Shown: piece by piece, positions 18,026 through 27,612 of the stretch
Position numbering within the stretch: position 1 is the stretch's first letter
How the letters are laid out: each line of letters opens with the position of its first letter
Assembly (NCBI GenBank): GCA_964602655.1
Contig: CAZRSF010000004.1
Coordinates: 1 to 37,474, forward strand
Source: an uncultured Candidatus Moduliflexus sp.
GTDB lineage: Bacteria > Moduliflexota > Moduliflexia > Moduliflexales > Moduliflexaceae
DNA length: 37,474 nt
Reading direction: 5' to 3'
Made by a program: the position numbers and the translations under genes
Notes under the pieces: generated by a model
What the model was told of the DNA's origin: nothing
Seen by the model: only the letters and a program-made list of their open reading frames with translations
The model's database searches: none

Positions 18026-20127
18026 GATGCCAAATACTCCTTCTGCACTCCGTTCATCGGAAGCAGCACCTCGAAACTCGTGTGGCCGGGGCGCGACATC
18101 ATGCGGATTTCGCCATGATGACGTTCCACAATTTGCTGCGCAATGCCAAGCCCTAAGCCAGAGCCTTCGCCCTGATCTTTCGTCGTAAAATAGGGATCGA
18201 AAATTTTCCCTTGAATTTCTGGCGGAATGCCAGGGCCGGTATCGGTAATGCGCACCGCGATTTTTCGTTCCGCTGGCGGGGAAATCTTCTGCGCAATCCC
18301 TTCAATGATTTCATCGCCCGATTCGACCTGCTTCGGGGACAGATACGTTTCGATGGTCAGCGTTCCTTTCCCTTTCATCGCCTGAATCGCGTTATGAATG
18401 ATATTCGTCCAGACCTGATTCAATTCGTTCACATAACAGGGGATTTTGGGGAGTTCGTCAAAGTGTTTGATCACCTCAATCCCATATTTTATTTGACTTT
18501 GCAGGATGATCATCGTCGTTTCGATCCCCTCATGAATATCCACTTCTTCGACTTTGGCCTGATCCAAACGGGAGTAGAGTTTCAGCGCATTCACAATGCG
18601 CGTAATCAGCCGAATGCTGGTTTTTATATCGCGCGAGGCGATGACGATTTTATGACATTTTTCTAAGAAATCAAGCACGCGTTCGGAATGATAGGCCCGC
18701 AACAGTTGCAACAATTCGGCATTTAGCCCGTCACTCAACCCGAATCGGGACATTTGCTTGGCAATCTGTCGAATATTCGGCAACCCGCTTGTCTCCAGGA
18801 ATTGTTCATATCGTTTGGTTTCTTCTCGCAGCGACATCGTGCTTTTGCGCTCTTTTTCGAGCGATTCGATGAATGCTGCGATGATATTCAATAAGCTCGC
18901 ATGCGCTTCGCGCGCTAACGGTTCTCGCGTCAATTCGCGGAAACTCTCCACAATCGAAGCGAGCGCCGTCGTCATATTCGACGTTGCCGCATTGATCGCT
19001 CCGGCGGGCGTGTTGATTTCATGCGCCACGCCCGCGACAAGCTGCCCGAGCGACGCCATTTTTTCCGACTGCACTAATTGCGCCTGCGTCGTTTTCAGTT
19101 GGGTAATCGTCTTTTCAAGCTCAAGATTCGATTGCTCCAACTGTTTGAATAATAAGGCGTTATCGAGGACGATTGAGGCTTCGTTCGTAAACACCTGGAG
19201 AATGTCTATCGTTTCCGGGTGAATCGCGTTCTCTTTCGTGGTGCCGATTCCTAAAATCCCGATCACGCTGTTACGAATCTTCAGAGGAAACGCAAGAAAC
19301 GTCGCGACTTGATGGTCGTCTTTGACCTGTTTCCGCTCCTGTTGCGACTGGTCGGCGTCTTTCAAAATCGTGACTTGCACATGCTCGATGTTTTCTAACG
19401 GCTGATGCTCTTTATACTCTTCGATCATGCGTTGTTTGACGGTTTGCAGAAATTGGCGGCTGACGGGCGCCATTAAAAATAAGAAATTATGGTAGAGTTT
19501 TTCTTCCTGGAGAAAAATCGAAGCGACCTGGAATTCGCACACTCTGGCGAGCAGGCTGAAAATAGACTGAATCGAGGTAAAAAACGAGTACATGTTAATG
19601 GCGAGATAACTCAATTCATTGACGATGGTCGCCTGAAACAACTGCTGATCCAGAATATGATTCACTTGTTCCAAAACCGATATTTCGGTGATCGGCTGAC
19701 AAGCATCAGCCGCTGTCTGGCCGGATGTCGCATATTCTTCGTGTTCGACGTTGTCGGATCGGCAGCGCTCAAGCATGGCTTGAATTTTCGAAAATAACTC
19801 GTCTTCCGCGTCGAAATCCTTGGTAATAAAATCGTCTGCGCCCGTTGACATGCCCCAGAAGCGATCTTTTTTTTGCCCTCTGGATGTGAGAATAATAATC
19901 GGGATGGCTTTCGTGCGTTCATCGCTTTTTAAGAGCCGACAGACTTGATAGCCGGTCATTTTCGGCATTTCGATATCTAACAGCACCAAATCCGGTTTCG
20001 TCTGATAGGTTTTCGAAATCGCCTCAATCCCGTCAGACGCGCTGACCACTTCATATCCCTGGGATTCTAATAAAAAGCGAACGACTTCGATAATAGTCGG
20101 ACTATCGTCAGCAATCAAAATTCTCAT
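18022..20127 (-). CDS. Hybrid two-component protein: N-terminal REC receiver, then GAF, then HisKA/HATPase_c histidine kinase
   Basis: REC: ILIADDSPTIIEVV...LLDIEMPKMTGYQVC. Central GAF-like region. H-box GVAHEINTPAGAI. G-boxes DTGPGIPPE and GSGLGLGIAQQIVERHHG. Confidence 0.85.
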   Translation of the reverse strand: MRILIADDSPTIIEVVRFLLESQGYEVVSASDGIEAISKTYQTKPDLVLLDIEMPKMTGYQVCRLLKSDERTKAIPIIILTSRGQKKDRFWGMSTGADDFITKDFDAEDELFSKIQAMLERCRSDNVEHEEYATSGQTAADACQPITEISVLEQVNHILDQQLFQATIVNELSYLAINMYSFFTSIQSIFSLLARVCEFQVASIFLQEEKLYHNFLFLMAPVSRQFLQTVKQRMIEEYKEHQPLENIEHVQVTILKDADQSQQERKQVKDDHQVATFLAFPLKIRNSVIGILGIGTTKENAIHPETIDILQVFTNEASIVLDNALLFKQLEQSNLELEKTITQLKTTQAQLVQSEKMASLGQLVAGVAHEINTPAGAINAATSNMTTALASIVESFRELTREPLAREAHASLLNIIAAFIESLEKERKSTMSLREETKRYEQFLETSGLPNIRQIAKQMSRFGLSDGLNAELLQLLRAYHSERVLDFLEKCHKIVIASRDIKTSIRLITRIVNALKLYSRLDQAKVEEVDIHEGIETTMIILQSQIKYGIEVIKHFDELPKIPCYVNELNQVWTNIIHNAIQAMKGKGTLTIETYLSPKQVESGDEIIEGIAQKISPPAERKIAVRITDTGPGIPPEIQGKIFDPYFTTKDQGEGSGLGLGIAQQIVERHHGEIRMMSRPGHTSFEVLLPMNGVQKEYLAS

Positions 20128-20148
20128 CAGAAGAGAACGCCGCCGCGC

Positions 20149-22356
20149 TTATACCAGACTTTTAATCGTCTCAAGCAAGCGGTGTTGTTCGAAATTTCCT
20201 TTCGTAATATACGCATTGGCCCCAACCTGAAGCCCGCGTTTTTTATCGCTTTCTCGCGCTAATGAGGTCACAATAATCACCGGCACATTCGCATATTGCG
20301 GAATCTGGCGCAGGCGCTGCGTGAAGGTAAACCCATCCATGCGCGGCATTTCGATATCGGTGATAATCGCCGCATACGTGGTCTGTTCGAGATGTTGGAG
20401 CGCGTCAACGCCATCGTTCGCGACATCAACCAGATAGCCGGAAATTTCTAAAATATGCTTTTCGATTTCCGCAGTATTCATCGAATCTTCAACGACAAGG
20501 ACGCGCGGCGCGATATATGATGGCGGTTGGGCTGAGACTGAAGGCGTTTCGAAGGTCATCCGCGCAATTCGGGCGAGCACTTCGGGAATATGCAGCAGCA
20601 GCATCACCGAGTTATAGCTCGAAATGGCCGCGCCTGCAATCATTTTCGTCGCATTGCGGATATGCGGCGGTAATTGTTTCACGACGACATCCTGCTCATC
20701 CATGATGGCATCAACAATAAGACCGACGCGTTTTCCCTGCGCGCGAGCAATCAGCACGAAATACTGCTCGGGGGATGTCGCGGCGGATGGGCGACATTGC
20801 AGCACGCTGCCGAGTTCGACTAAATAAATCAATTGATTTCTATGACGAATCGCCAGATGTCCCGTCACCTGAAAGCAGGTTCGAACAGGCACATGCAGCG
20901 TCTCTTCGATGGCGTCAATCGGGATGGCAAAGACGCTGTTGCGAGTGGTGATAATCAAACTTCGCAGCGACGTCAGCGAGACCGGAACCGTCAAGACGCA
21001 GGATGTCCCTTTCTGCGGCGTAGAGGCGAGCGTCACGGTGCCTTTCAGCGCCTCAATCGTGGATTTCACGATGTCCATGCCCACGCCGCGCCCTGACATG
21101 TCGGTGATCAGGTCGCTGGTACTCAACCTCGGCAAAAAGGCTAAATTGATAAGTTCCGCCTCATTCAGACTTTGCGCCGCCTCTTCTGTCAACAGGCCGC
21201 GTTGAATCGCCCGCGCTTTGAGCTTTTCACACCGAATTCCTTGCCCATCGTCGGTGACTTCGATCCGAATGTGTCCGCTTTGATGCGACGCGGAAATCGT
21301 GATCAGGCCGGTCGGCGATTTCCCTTGTTTTGAGCGTTCTTCAGGAATCTCGATGCCGTGATCGATACAATTCCGCAGCAAATGATTCAATGGCGCGTCC
21401 AATTGTTCGATGATTTTTTTATCCAGCGTCGTGTCTTCTCCGAACATTCTCACCTCAATCTGTTTCCGCGCGTCTTTCGCCATATCGCGCACCGCCCGCG
21501 GAAATCGTTCGAAAATGTCAGCGAGGGGAAGCATTCGCATATTCAGCACATCGTCGTATAATTCCGTAATCGCCATTCCTCTGACGGCGAAATCGTCACG
21601 CTGCATACGGAACAACTGTTCAATCTCTTTCAACAACGACAGGCTGTGTTCGAGAATGGCGTCGAACGCGGGTTGATGCGTTCGATTGAAATGATGGTGG
21701 CGCTGAAGCGACTTTGTCAGAATTCTGGCTTTTCGCTGCACATCTTTCAGCGCGCCGAGACGATATTCTGATTTTTTATGGCTGATGGCGATTTCCCCGA
21801 TCAGCCTGACAGCATGATCTAATTTTTCTACGGCGACTCGAATCGTCTCGCCGCTTTTCGCCGTGTCAAGCATGCGAACTTCCGGCGTCTGAGCGCCAGC
21901 GATGTCAGGCGATTCTGCCAGTCTTCCACGTGTTTTTTGACTCTCATCGGTATCAGGCAGCGCAACATCTTGTCCTTGAGCGGCCTGGAGTAACGCTTCG
22001 CGGATTGGCGCAATATCGAGAGAATCGGCCTCGTCGCGTTGGACTGCTTGAGTGCAGGCGCTGAGCATATCAACGCTTTCGAACAGCAATTCGATGATAG
22101 AAGGCGTGAGGGCGATATTCCCATCTTGCAAGGCGATAAGCACATCTTCGATGTTATGGGTCAGTTGGCTGATTTGATCGATATGGAGAATGTTGGCAGA
22201 ACCTTTGAGGGTATGAACCGAACGCAACATGTGCTTCAAACGGTCAGTCTGCTGAGGCGATTTTTCTAATTGAATCAACCCCTCGTTGACTGTTTGAATC
22301 GCCTCATTCGCTTCTTGCGTAAACTTGCCGATAAAGATGGATCGATCAAATTTCAT
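20149..22356 (-). CDS. CheA-like histidine kinase fused to a C-terminal REC domain (HPt, dimerisation, HATPase, CheW-like, REC)
   Basis: HPt with SVHTLKGSA. N-box LLRNCIDHGIE. G1 DDGQGI. G2 GRGVGMDIV. CheW-like segment. C-terminal receiver VLVVEDSMNT...ITDIEMPRMDGF. Confidence 0.85.
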   Translation of the reverse strand: MKFDRSIFIGKFTQEANEAIQTVNEGLIQLEKSPQQTDRLKHMLRSVHTLKGSANILHIDQISQLTHNIEDVLIALQDGNIALTPSIIELLFESVDMLSACTQAVQRDEADSLDIAPIREALLQAAQGQDVALPDTDESQKTRGRLAESPDIAGAQTPEVRMLDTAKSGETIRVAVEKLDHAVRLIGEIAISHKKSEYRLGALKDVQRKARILTKSLQRHHHFNRTHQPAFDAILEHSLSLLKEIEQLFRMQRDDFAVRGMAITELYDDVLNMRMLPLADIFERFPRAVRDMAKDARKQIEVRMFGEDTTLDKKIIEQLDAPLNHLLRNCIDHGIEIPEERSKQGKSPTGLITISASHQSGHIRIEVTDDGQGIRCEKLKARAIQRGLLTEEAAQSLNEAELINLAFLPRLSTSDLITDMSGRGVGMDIVKSTIEALKGTVTLASTPQKGTSCVLTVPVSLTSLRSLIITTRNSVFAIPIDAIEETLHVPVRTCFQVTGHLAIRHRNQLIYLVELGSVLQCRPSAATSPEQYFVLIARAQGKRVGLIVDAIMDEQDVVVKQLPPHIRNATKMIAGAAISSYNSVMLLLHIPEVLARIARMTFETPSVSAQPPSYIAPRVLVVEDSMNTAEIEKHILEISGYLVDVANDGVDALQHLEQTTYAAIITDIEMPRMDGFTFTQRLRQIPQYANVPVIIVTSLARESDKKRGLQVGANAYITKGNFEQHRLLETIKSLV

Positions 22357-22907
22357 ATTTCATGTGAAGAATCGTCCCAGATTCGAAAGACTCGCGTCAG
22401 CGCCAACAAGCCAAGCGCGTTCTGAAATTTCCCGGAGCGAATTTCCTGCCGCAAGGCATCGAGCGTCACTTCTCTGACGGCAATGGCTTCGCCGTCGTCC
22501 AATTCCGGCTCATGCGTTTTACGGGCATTCCGCGCCACGAATTGATGGCAATAATTATTCTGAAACGCCGGGTTCGGCTCCACTGCGCCGCAATACGTCC
22601 ACTCGTTCGAGGTATAGCCTGTTTCTTCTCGCAATTCCCGCATCGCCGCTTGCTGCGGCGTTTCTCCTGATGAAATGCCTCCGGCAGGAATTTCTGTGGT
22701 GATTGCTTGTGTCCCAAAACGATACTGATCCACAATAACGATGCGGTCTTCAGGCGTCATCGCGACCACGTTCACCCAGTCCGGCATTTCCAGCACGACC
22801 GCTTTGAGCAAAGAAGCATTACGCGGATTTTCGACCCAATCGAAACGAAGTCGGAAAATGCCCGCGTTCAAACCGAATTCCTGACGAAGATATTTCCAGG
22901 GCTGCAT
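22353..22907 (-). CDS. NUDIX hydrolase (ADP-ribose pyrophosphatase-like)
   Basis: Nudix box GGISSGETPQQAAMRELREETGY. 4-bp overlap with the downstream cheA-like gene. Confidence 0.8.
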   Translation of the reverse strand: MQPWKYLRQEFGLNAGIFRLRFDWVENPRNASLLKAVVLEMPDWVNVVAMTPEDRIVIVDQYRFGTQAITTEIPAGGISSGETPQQAAMRELREETGYTSNEWTYCGAVEPNPAFQNNYCHQFVARNARKTHEPELDDGEAIAVREVTLDALRQEIRSGKFQNALGLLALTRVFRIWDDSSHEI

Positions 22908-23659
22908 TATTTCAACACATCATCCATCGAATAGAGGCCGGGCTGCTGATGTACGAGAAATTCGGCGGCTTTGATCGCGCCTGTCCCGAAGATGCGCCGA
23001 GACGTGGCGCGGTGAGTGATTTCCACGACTTCGTCCACTCCGGCAAAAATAATCGAATGCTCGCCGACAATCGTTCCGCCGCGCACGGCGTGAATGCCGA
23101 TTTCCTCTTTCTTGCGCAACGTATCTTTGCCGTATCGGCCATACGTGAAATTCTTACTGTTATTCAGTTCTTCATTGATCGCATTCGCCAGCATATAGGC
23201 CGTTCCGCTTGGCGAATCCAACTTCTTGTTATGATGCCGTTCCACGATTTCGATGTCGAACGTTTGCGACAGGACGCTTGCGGCTTTTTGCACGAGTTTC
23301 AGCAGCAAATTGATGCCGAGCGACATATTGCCGGAATGCAGGAGCGCGACCGTCTTCGATAACTCGCGGATTCTGGCAAGAATCGGCTCTTCCAGGCCGG
23401 TCGTGCAAATGACTGCCGGAGTCTTTGTCCGTTCCACGTAATCAAGCAGCGGCATCATCAACGTATGATGTGAAAAATCAATAATCACGTCGCTTTTGAT
23501 ATTGATCGCATCGAACGATTGAAACACCGGAAAATCCGGATGGTGCTTCGGCAGCATCGTATCCACGCCGATGAGCGTCAAATCGCTGCGTTCATGCAGC
23601 ATTTCCGTCACGATCTGTCCCATTTTTCCAAAACATCCGCATAACAAAATATTCAACAT
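22907..23659 (-). CDS. dapB: 4-hydroxy-tetrahydrodipicolinate reductase
   Basis: Start re-picked at MLNILLCGCFGKMG (ATG 23659), with SD GAGAGGAAA. The GTG-initiated extension in the ORF track would read through a hairpin. C-terminal DapB motifs ERHHNKKLDSPSGTA. Confidence 0.85.
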   Translation of the reverse strand: MLNILLCGCFGKMGQIVTEMLHERSDLTLIGVDTMLPKHHPDFPVFQSFDAINIKSDVIIDFSHHTLMMPLLDYVERTKTPAVICTTGLEEPILARIRELSKTVALLHSGNMSLGINLLLKLVQKAASVLSQTFDIEIVERHHNKKLDSPSGTAYMLANAINEELNNSKNFTYGRYGKDTLRKKEEIGIHAVRGGTIVGEHSIIFAGVDEVVEITHRATSRRIFGTGAIKAAEFLVHQQPGLYSMDDVLK

Positions 23660-23681
23660 CGCGATTTCCTCTCTGAATGAC

Positions 23682-23710
23682 CTGTCAGACACGTTCGAAG
23701 TGTCTGACAG
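23682..23710 (-). other. Perfect 11-bp-stem hairpin (CTGTCAGACAC-gttcgaa-GTGTCTGACAG) in the dapA-dapB intergenic spacer
   Basis: Perfect inverted repeat. No U-tract, so more likely an RNA stability/processing or regulatory stem-loop than a terminator. Confidence 0.4.
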
Positions 23711-23721
23711 GTTGCTGTTTG

Positions 23722-24606
23722 TTACGCCATCAATTTATAGGCACGCAATTCTTTTTTCAGCCGTTCGATGTTTGATTCGCTCATGTCGGTCAACGGCAGC
23801 CGCAAGCCGCCGACATTCAGCCCCATCAAATTCATCGCCGTCTTGACCGGAATCGGATTGGTTTCGGAGAACAGTGCGTCAATCAAGGGTTTCATGGTCA
23901 ATTGCAATTCCTGCGCCCGTTTGATATTGCCGTCAAGATACGATTTCGCCATCAGATGCGTGTCTTTCGGCGCAATATTGGCGACCACGGAAATCACGCC
24001 GACGCCGCCCAACGACATGAGCGGCACGACCATATCGTCGTTCCCGGAATAGAGCGCGAAATCCGGCGGCGCGAGTCGGGCGATTTCGGCGACTTGCGCG
24101 ATATTCCCGCTCGCTTCTTTCACGCCGCAAATATTGCGATGTTCCGCCAATTTTGCCACCGATTCCGGCAGTAGATTCACGCCCGTGCGTCCCGGCACGT
24201 TATACATAATGATCGGAATGTTAACGGCATCGGCAATCGCGGTAAAATTCGCGATCAGCCCTTTTTGCATCGGCTTGTTGTAATACGGCGTAATGCACAA
24301 CAGGGCGTCCGCGCCGACTTTTTCAGCGTGAATGCTCATTTGCACCGCATACGCCGTGTCGTTGCTGCCGCTGCCCGCGATCACCGGAACCCGCTTTTTC
24401 GACACTTCGACGGCGCATTCAATCACTTTTTTGTGTTCGTCATCCGATAACGTCGGCGATTCGCCGGTCGTGCCGCATACGATAATCGCATCCGTACCTT
24501 GCTGAATCTGCCATTCGATGAGTTCGGCCAATTTATCGAAATTGACGGCATTATCTGCCGTAAACGGCGTGACAATCGCCACGCCCGATCCTGTAAAAAT
24601 CGCCAT
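23722..24606 (-). CDS. dapA: 4-hydroxy-tetrahydrodipicolinate synthase
   Basis: Start re-picked at [15 protein letters not shown] (ATG 24606), SD GGAGGAAAA. Conserved GTTGE motif ([11 protein letters not shown]). Conserved lysine region. Confidence 0.9.
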   Translation of the reverse strand: MAIFTGSGVAIVTPFTADNAVNFDKLAELIEWQIQQGTDAIIVCGTTGESPTLSDDEHKKVIECAVEVSKKRVPVIAGSGSNDTAYAVQMSIHAEKVGADALLCITPYYNKPMQKGLIANFTAIADAVNIPIIMYNVPGRTGVNLLPESVAKLAEHRNICGVKEASGNIAQVAEIARLAPPDFALYSGNDDMVVPLMSLGGVGVISVVANIAPKDTHLMAKSYLDGNIKRAQELQLTMKPLIDALFSETNPIPVKTAMNLMGLNVGGLRLPLTDMSESNIERLKKELRAYKLMA

Positions 24607-24647
24607 ACACTTTTCCTCCGGTGTTAAATGTAATGATGGTTGTCCTG

Positions 24648-25487
24648 CTATGGCTTGCGCACAATTCCCACGACATTCGGAATCGGGCGAGCGCCGGTAT
24701 GAAATCCATACGTGCCGACGAGTTCGCACGCATAATCGCCAGTGTTGACGTAAAGCTGCGCTTCGCTGCCGCCCTCGACATACATGGCGCGCGCCATCCG
24801 AATCGGCAGCGCCAGCAGAATCGTATTCAACTCATTGACGCTGTATTGCGAGCGGGAATGAATGAACAACACACGCCCGTCTTTATCCGTCGCAATTGCC
24901 GCAATACTCCAGCGTTTGTCCGGGTTATGCCGCCAGAGATTCGAGCCTTTGCAGGAAATCATGCGGATGCTTTGCACCAATGTTGCATATTTCGGCATCC
25001 AGTCATCGAAATTCTCGCATTGCCGGTCAAGAATCATCACCGGCGGCAACTTCGAATTTTTCGGATTGAACGCTAAGATCGCTTTATCTTTTGAGAGTTT
25101 GGGGTTGTTGACATGGTTTTTGGTGCGCATGAGCGAGACGCTGGATAGATAGTCGGTTTGATACATGCTCGCGTTAATCGCGGCGACAAGCTGATGACGT
25201 TCGCTCCACTCTTTTGCGGTCAACGCTTCGCGTTCTGGCGTTGCCGAGGCGTTCAGCAGGCGAAAGTCGAACTGTTCGGGGTGAATGCGCAGGATGCGAA
25301 TCAGGGAATCGCCGGATTCCGAGGGAATTGGCGCGGAAAAGACGCCGAATTCCAGCCCCGGCTCTAACAAATTCCAGGTATTCAACACCTGCTGCGATAA
25401 TTTATCCCGTTCCTCTTGCGCGTCTGCGATGGCGATCATGATCGTCATCGTAAGAAACACGCAGGAAATTTGTCCGAGTCTTCTCAT
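24648..25487 (-). CDS. Secreted phosphodiester glycosidase family protein (NAGPA-like / DUF2233)
   Basis: Start chosen at [24 protein letters not shown], which gives a clean signal peptide. The ORF-track N-terminal extension has none. Rest of the protein resembles the bacterial phosphodiester glycosidase domain family. Confidence 0.55.
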   Translation of the reverse strand: MRRLGQISCVFLTMTIMIAIADAQEERDKLSQQVLNTWNLLEPGLEFGVFSAPIPSESGDSLIRILRIHPEQFDFRLLNASATPEREALTAKEWSERHQLVAAINASMYQTDYLSSVSLMRTKNHVNNPKLSKDKAILAFNPKNSKLPPVMILDRQCENFDDWMPKYATLVQSIRMISCKGSNLWRHNPDKRWSIAAIATDKDGRVLFIHSRSQYSVNELNTILLALPIRMARAMYVEGGSEAQLYVNTGDYACELVGTYGFHTGARPIPNVVGIVRKP

Positions 25488-25507
25488 GCAATACAATGGA
25501 AGGAGAT

Positions 25508-25538
25508 GATAGAGCCTCTCGCGCGGAAAGGCTCTATC
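25508..25538 (-). terminator. Hairpin GATAGAGCCT-N11-AGGCTCTATC (10-bp perfect stem) between the pepP-like stop and the next gene; candidate partial terminator/attenuator
   Basis: Perfect inverted repeat. Pyrimidine-rich tract downstream on the minus strand, but not a clean U-run. Confidence 0.4.
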
Positions 25539-25608
25539 TGGTTCATGCGTATGCTTCAAAACGGCGTAACGGTTGCGCAGGCAGGCAAAGAATGTCAAAT
25601 GAAAAACG

Positions 25609-27393
25609 TCAAGATGATGAAATTTCCCGCGTGATCTCTTGTAAATAGGCGCATTCTTCAGAAGAAAGAAATGGGGAAATTTTTTCCCGCACCTCGCGAT
25701 GATACGCATTCACCCAGCGGAGTTCTTCGCAGGTCAGCAGCGTCGCGTCAATCAGGCTTGCGTCAAGCGGGCAGAGCGAAATCGTCTCGAATTGATAGAA
25801 TGTGCCGAATGGCGTTTCTTCTGTCGGAATCACGACGATCAAATTTTCGATCCGAATGCCGTATTCCCCTTCCCGATAGAGTCCCGGCTCATTCGAGCAG
25901 ATCATGCCGAGTTCCAGCGGCGTCTGATTTTCGGGGCGAATCCCTTGCGGCCCTTCGTGGACGCTCAGAAAATGGCCGATGCCATGCCCCGTGCCGTGCC
26001 GGTATTGCAACCCCTCTTTCCAGAGCGCGATTCGCGCTAACGCATCCAATTGCGCTCCGCTTGTGCTCTGCGGAAATTTGGCGGTGGCTAAAGCGATATG
26101 GCCTTTCAAGACGAGCGTAAAATCGCGCGTTTGCTGCTGAGTTGGCGGCGACAGGGCAATCGTACGGGTAATATCGGTTGTGCCGTCGAGATACTGCGCC
26201 CCGGAATCTACCAATAACATGCCTTCCGGCCTGATTGACAGGGCAGAGTCCGGCGCGGCGGTGTAATGGCAGATCGCGCCGTTCGCCTGATACCCGACAA
26301 TCGGATAAAAGCTGAGTCCCTGAAAATGCGCCTGCTGGCTGCGAAAATGATTGAGCGGCTCGACAATCGAGACTTCCGTGAACGGCTCTTTACCGACATG
26401 ACCTTGCAGCCAGTAGAGCCACTTCACCAGCGCGACGCCGTCGCGGAGGTGCGCCTGGCGCGTTCCGTCCAATTCTGTCGCATTTTTGCTCGCTTTCAGA
26501 TGCAAAATAATATTGGACGCGCCAATGAGCACGCAATGATCGGGCGTCGCGTCTTTCACCGCCTGCGAGGTCTTTTCAGGATCAATCAGCACGACGGCCT
26601 GTTCGGGAATGTCTTGTATATACCGCCAAAACTCGTCGTAGCCGGAACAGGAGACGCCGTCCTCTTGCAATGCGGCGGCGACTTCGGCGGACAGTTTGGC
26701 CGGTTCGATAAACAGCCGCGCAGTAGTGTTCGTGATCGCCGCATACGCAATCGTAAACGGATTAAACTCCACATCGCTGCCGCGAATATTGAACATCCAG
26801 ACGATTTCGTCTAAGGTCGAAATCAGGTGAATGTCGGCAGGGAATGTTTGCATTTCATGACGAATTCGCGCAAATTTCGACTGCCGCGTTTCGCCGCTGA
26901 ATGCGATATCCAGCAGGAACACCGGCGTGGCCGGAATCGGCGGGCGGTCTGTCCAGATTAGCGCGGCCAAATCTTCGTCGCGCCAGAACGATACCCGTTT
27001 GGCTTCGAGTGCTTCGGCAAGTTCATCTACCTGTTCGATAGACATGACCGCGCTGTCAAACCCAACCAGCGCCCCTTCCGGCAGTTCTCGCGCGAGCCAT
27101 TCGGTATGCGTCGGCACACCCGGCATTTTCAATTTGAAGAGTTCGATGCCGGAATCGATCAATTGCTGCGCCGCTTGAATAAAATAGCGGGAATCCGTCC
27201 ATAATCCTGCGCGATCTGGCGTCACCACAAGCGTTCCTGCCGAGCCGGTAAAACCTGATAACCACGCCCGCGTTTTCCAGTGCGGCGCGGGGTATTCGCT
27301 CTGATGCGGATCGCCGCTCGCCACAATCCAGACGGCCAAATTGCGCTCTCGCATGAGCGCTCGTAACGCGTGAATTTTTTCCGATGTTGTCAT
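25609..27393 (-). CDS. Xaa-Pro aminopeptidase (M24B family, with N-terminal creatinase-like domain)
   Basis: Start re-picked at MTTSEKIHALRALM (ATG 27393). The ORF track begins at a TTG. M24 metal-ligand regions HGTGHGIGHFLSVHEGPQ and EPGLYREGEYGIRIENL. Confidence 0.85.
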   Translation of the reverse strand: MTTSEKIHALRALMRERNLAVWIVASGDPHQSEYPAPHWKTRAWLSGFTGSAGTLVVTPDRAGLWTDSRYFIQAAQQLIDSGIELFKLKMPGVPTHTEWLARELPEGALVGFDSAVMSIEQVDELAEALEAKRVSFWRDEDLAALIWTDRPPIPATPVFLLDIAFSGETRQSKFARIRHEMQTFPADIHLISTLDEIVWMFNIRGSDVEFNPFTIAYAAITNTTARLFIEPAKLSAEVAAALQEDGVSCSGYDEFWRYIQDIPEQAVVLIDPEKTSQAVKDATPDHCVLIGASNIILHLKASKNATELDGTRQAHLRDGVALVKWLYWLQGHVGKEPFTEVSIVEPLNHFRSQQAHFQGLSFYPIVGYQANGAICHYTAAPDSALSIRPEGMLLVDSGAQYLDGTTDITRTIALSPPTQQQTRDFTLVLKGHIALATAKFPQSTSGAQLDALARIALWKEGLQYRHGTGHGIGHFLSVHEGPQGIRPENQTPLELGMICSNEPGLYREGEYGIRIENLIVVIPTEETPFGTFYQFETISLCPLDASLIDATLLTCEELRWVNAYHREVREKISPFLSSEECAYLQEITREISSS

Positions 27394-27487
27394 AAGGCAA
27401 TAAAAAGGAGCGCAAAGAAGTTCTTGCAAAAGAGGCAGCAACTTCGCCGCGCCCCTGAAGGATTGTTACCTTCCATGTTTATGAGTG

Positions 27488-27499
27488 AATACATGTATT
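27488..27499. promoter_or_regulatory. Perfect 12-bp palindrome AATACATGTATT in the promoter region of the long minus-strand operon
   Basis: Seen directly, ~95 bp upstream of the pepP-like start. A +strand TTGACA overlaps its edge. Confidence 0.25.
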
Positions 27500-27612
27500 G
27501 ACATAGAAGGTTACGGGGCAGTATTGGTATTTATCGGAGTATTTGTGTAACGCCATGTGTCCAATATCTCAGGGTTTTTAATTCGATCTACGGTTAGCAA
27601 TGGCCACCTTAT

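Noticed and set aside
24607-24647. Lysine riboswitch expected upstream of dapA
   Set aside because: Only 41 nt separate dapA from the preceding stop codon, far too short for an L-box. dapA appears to be read through from upstream.
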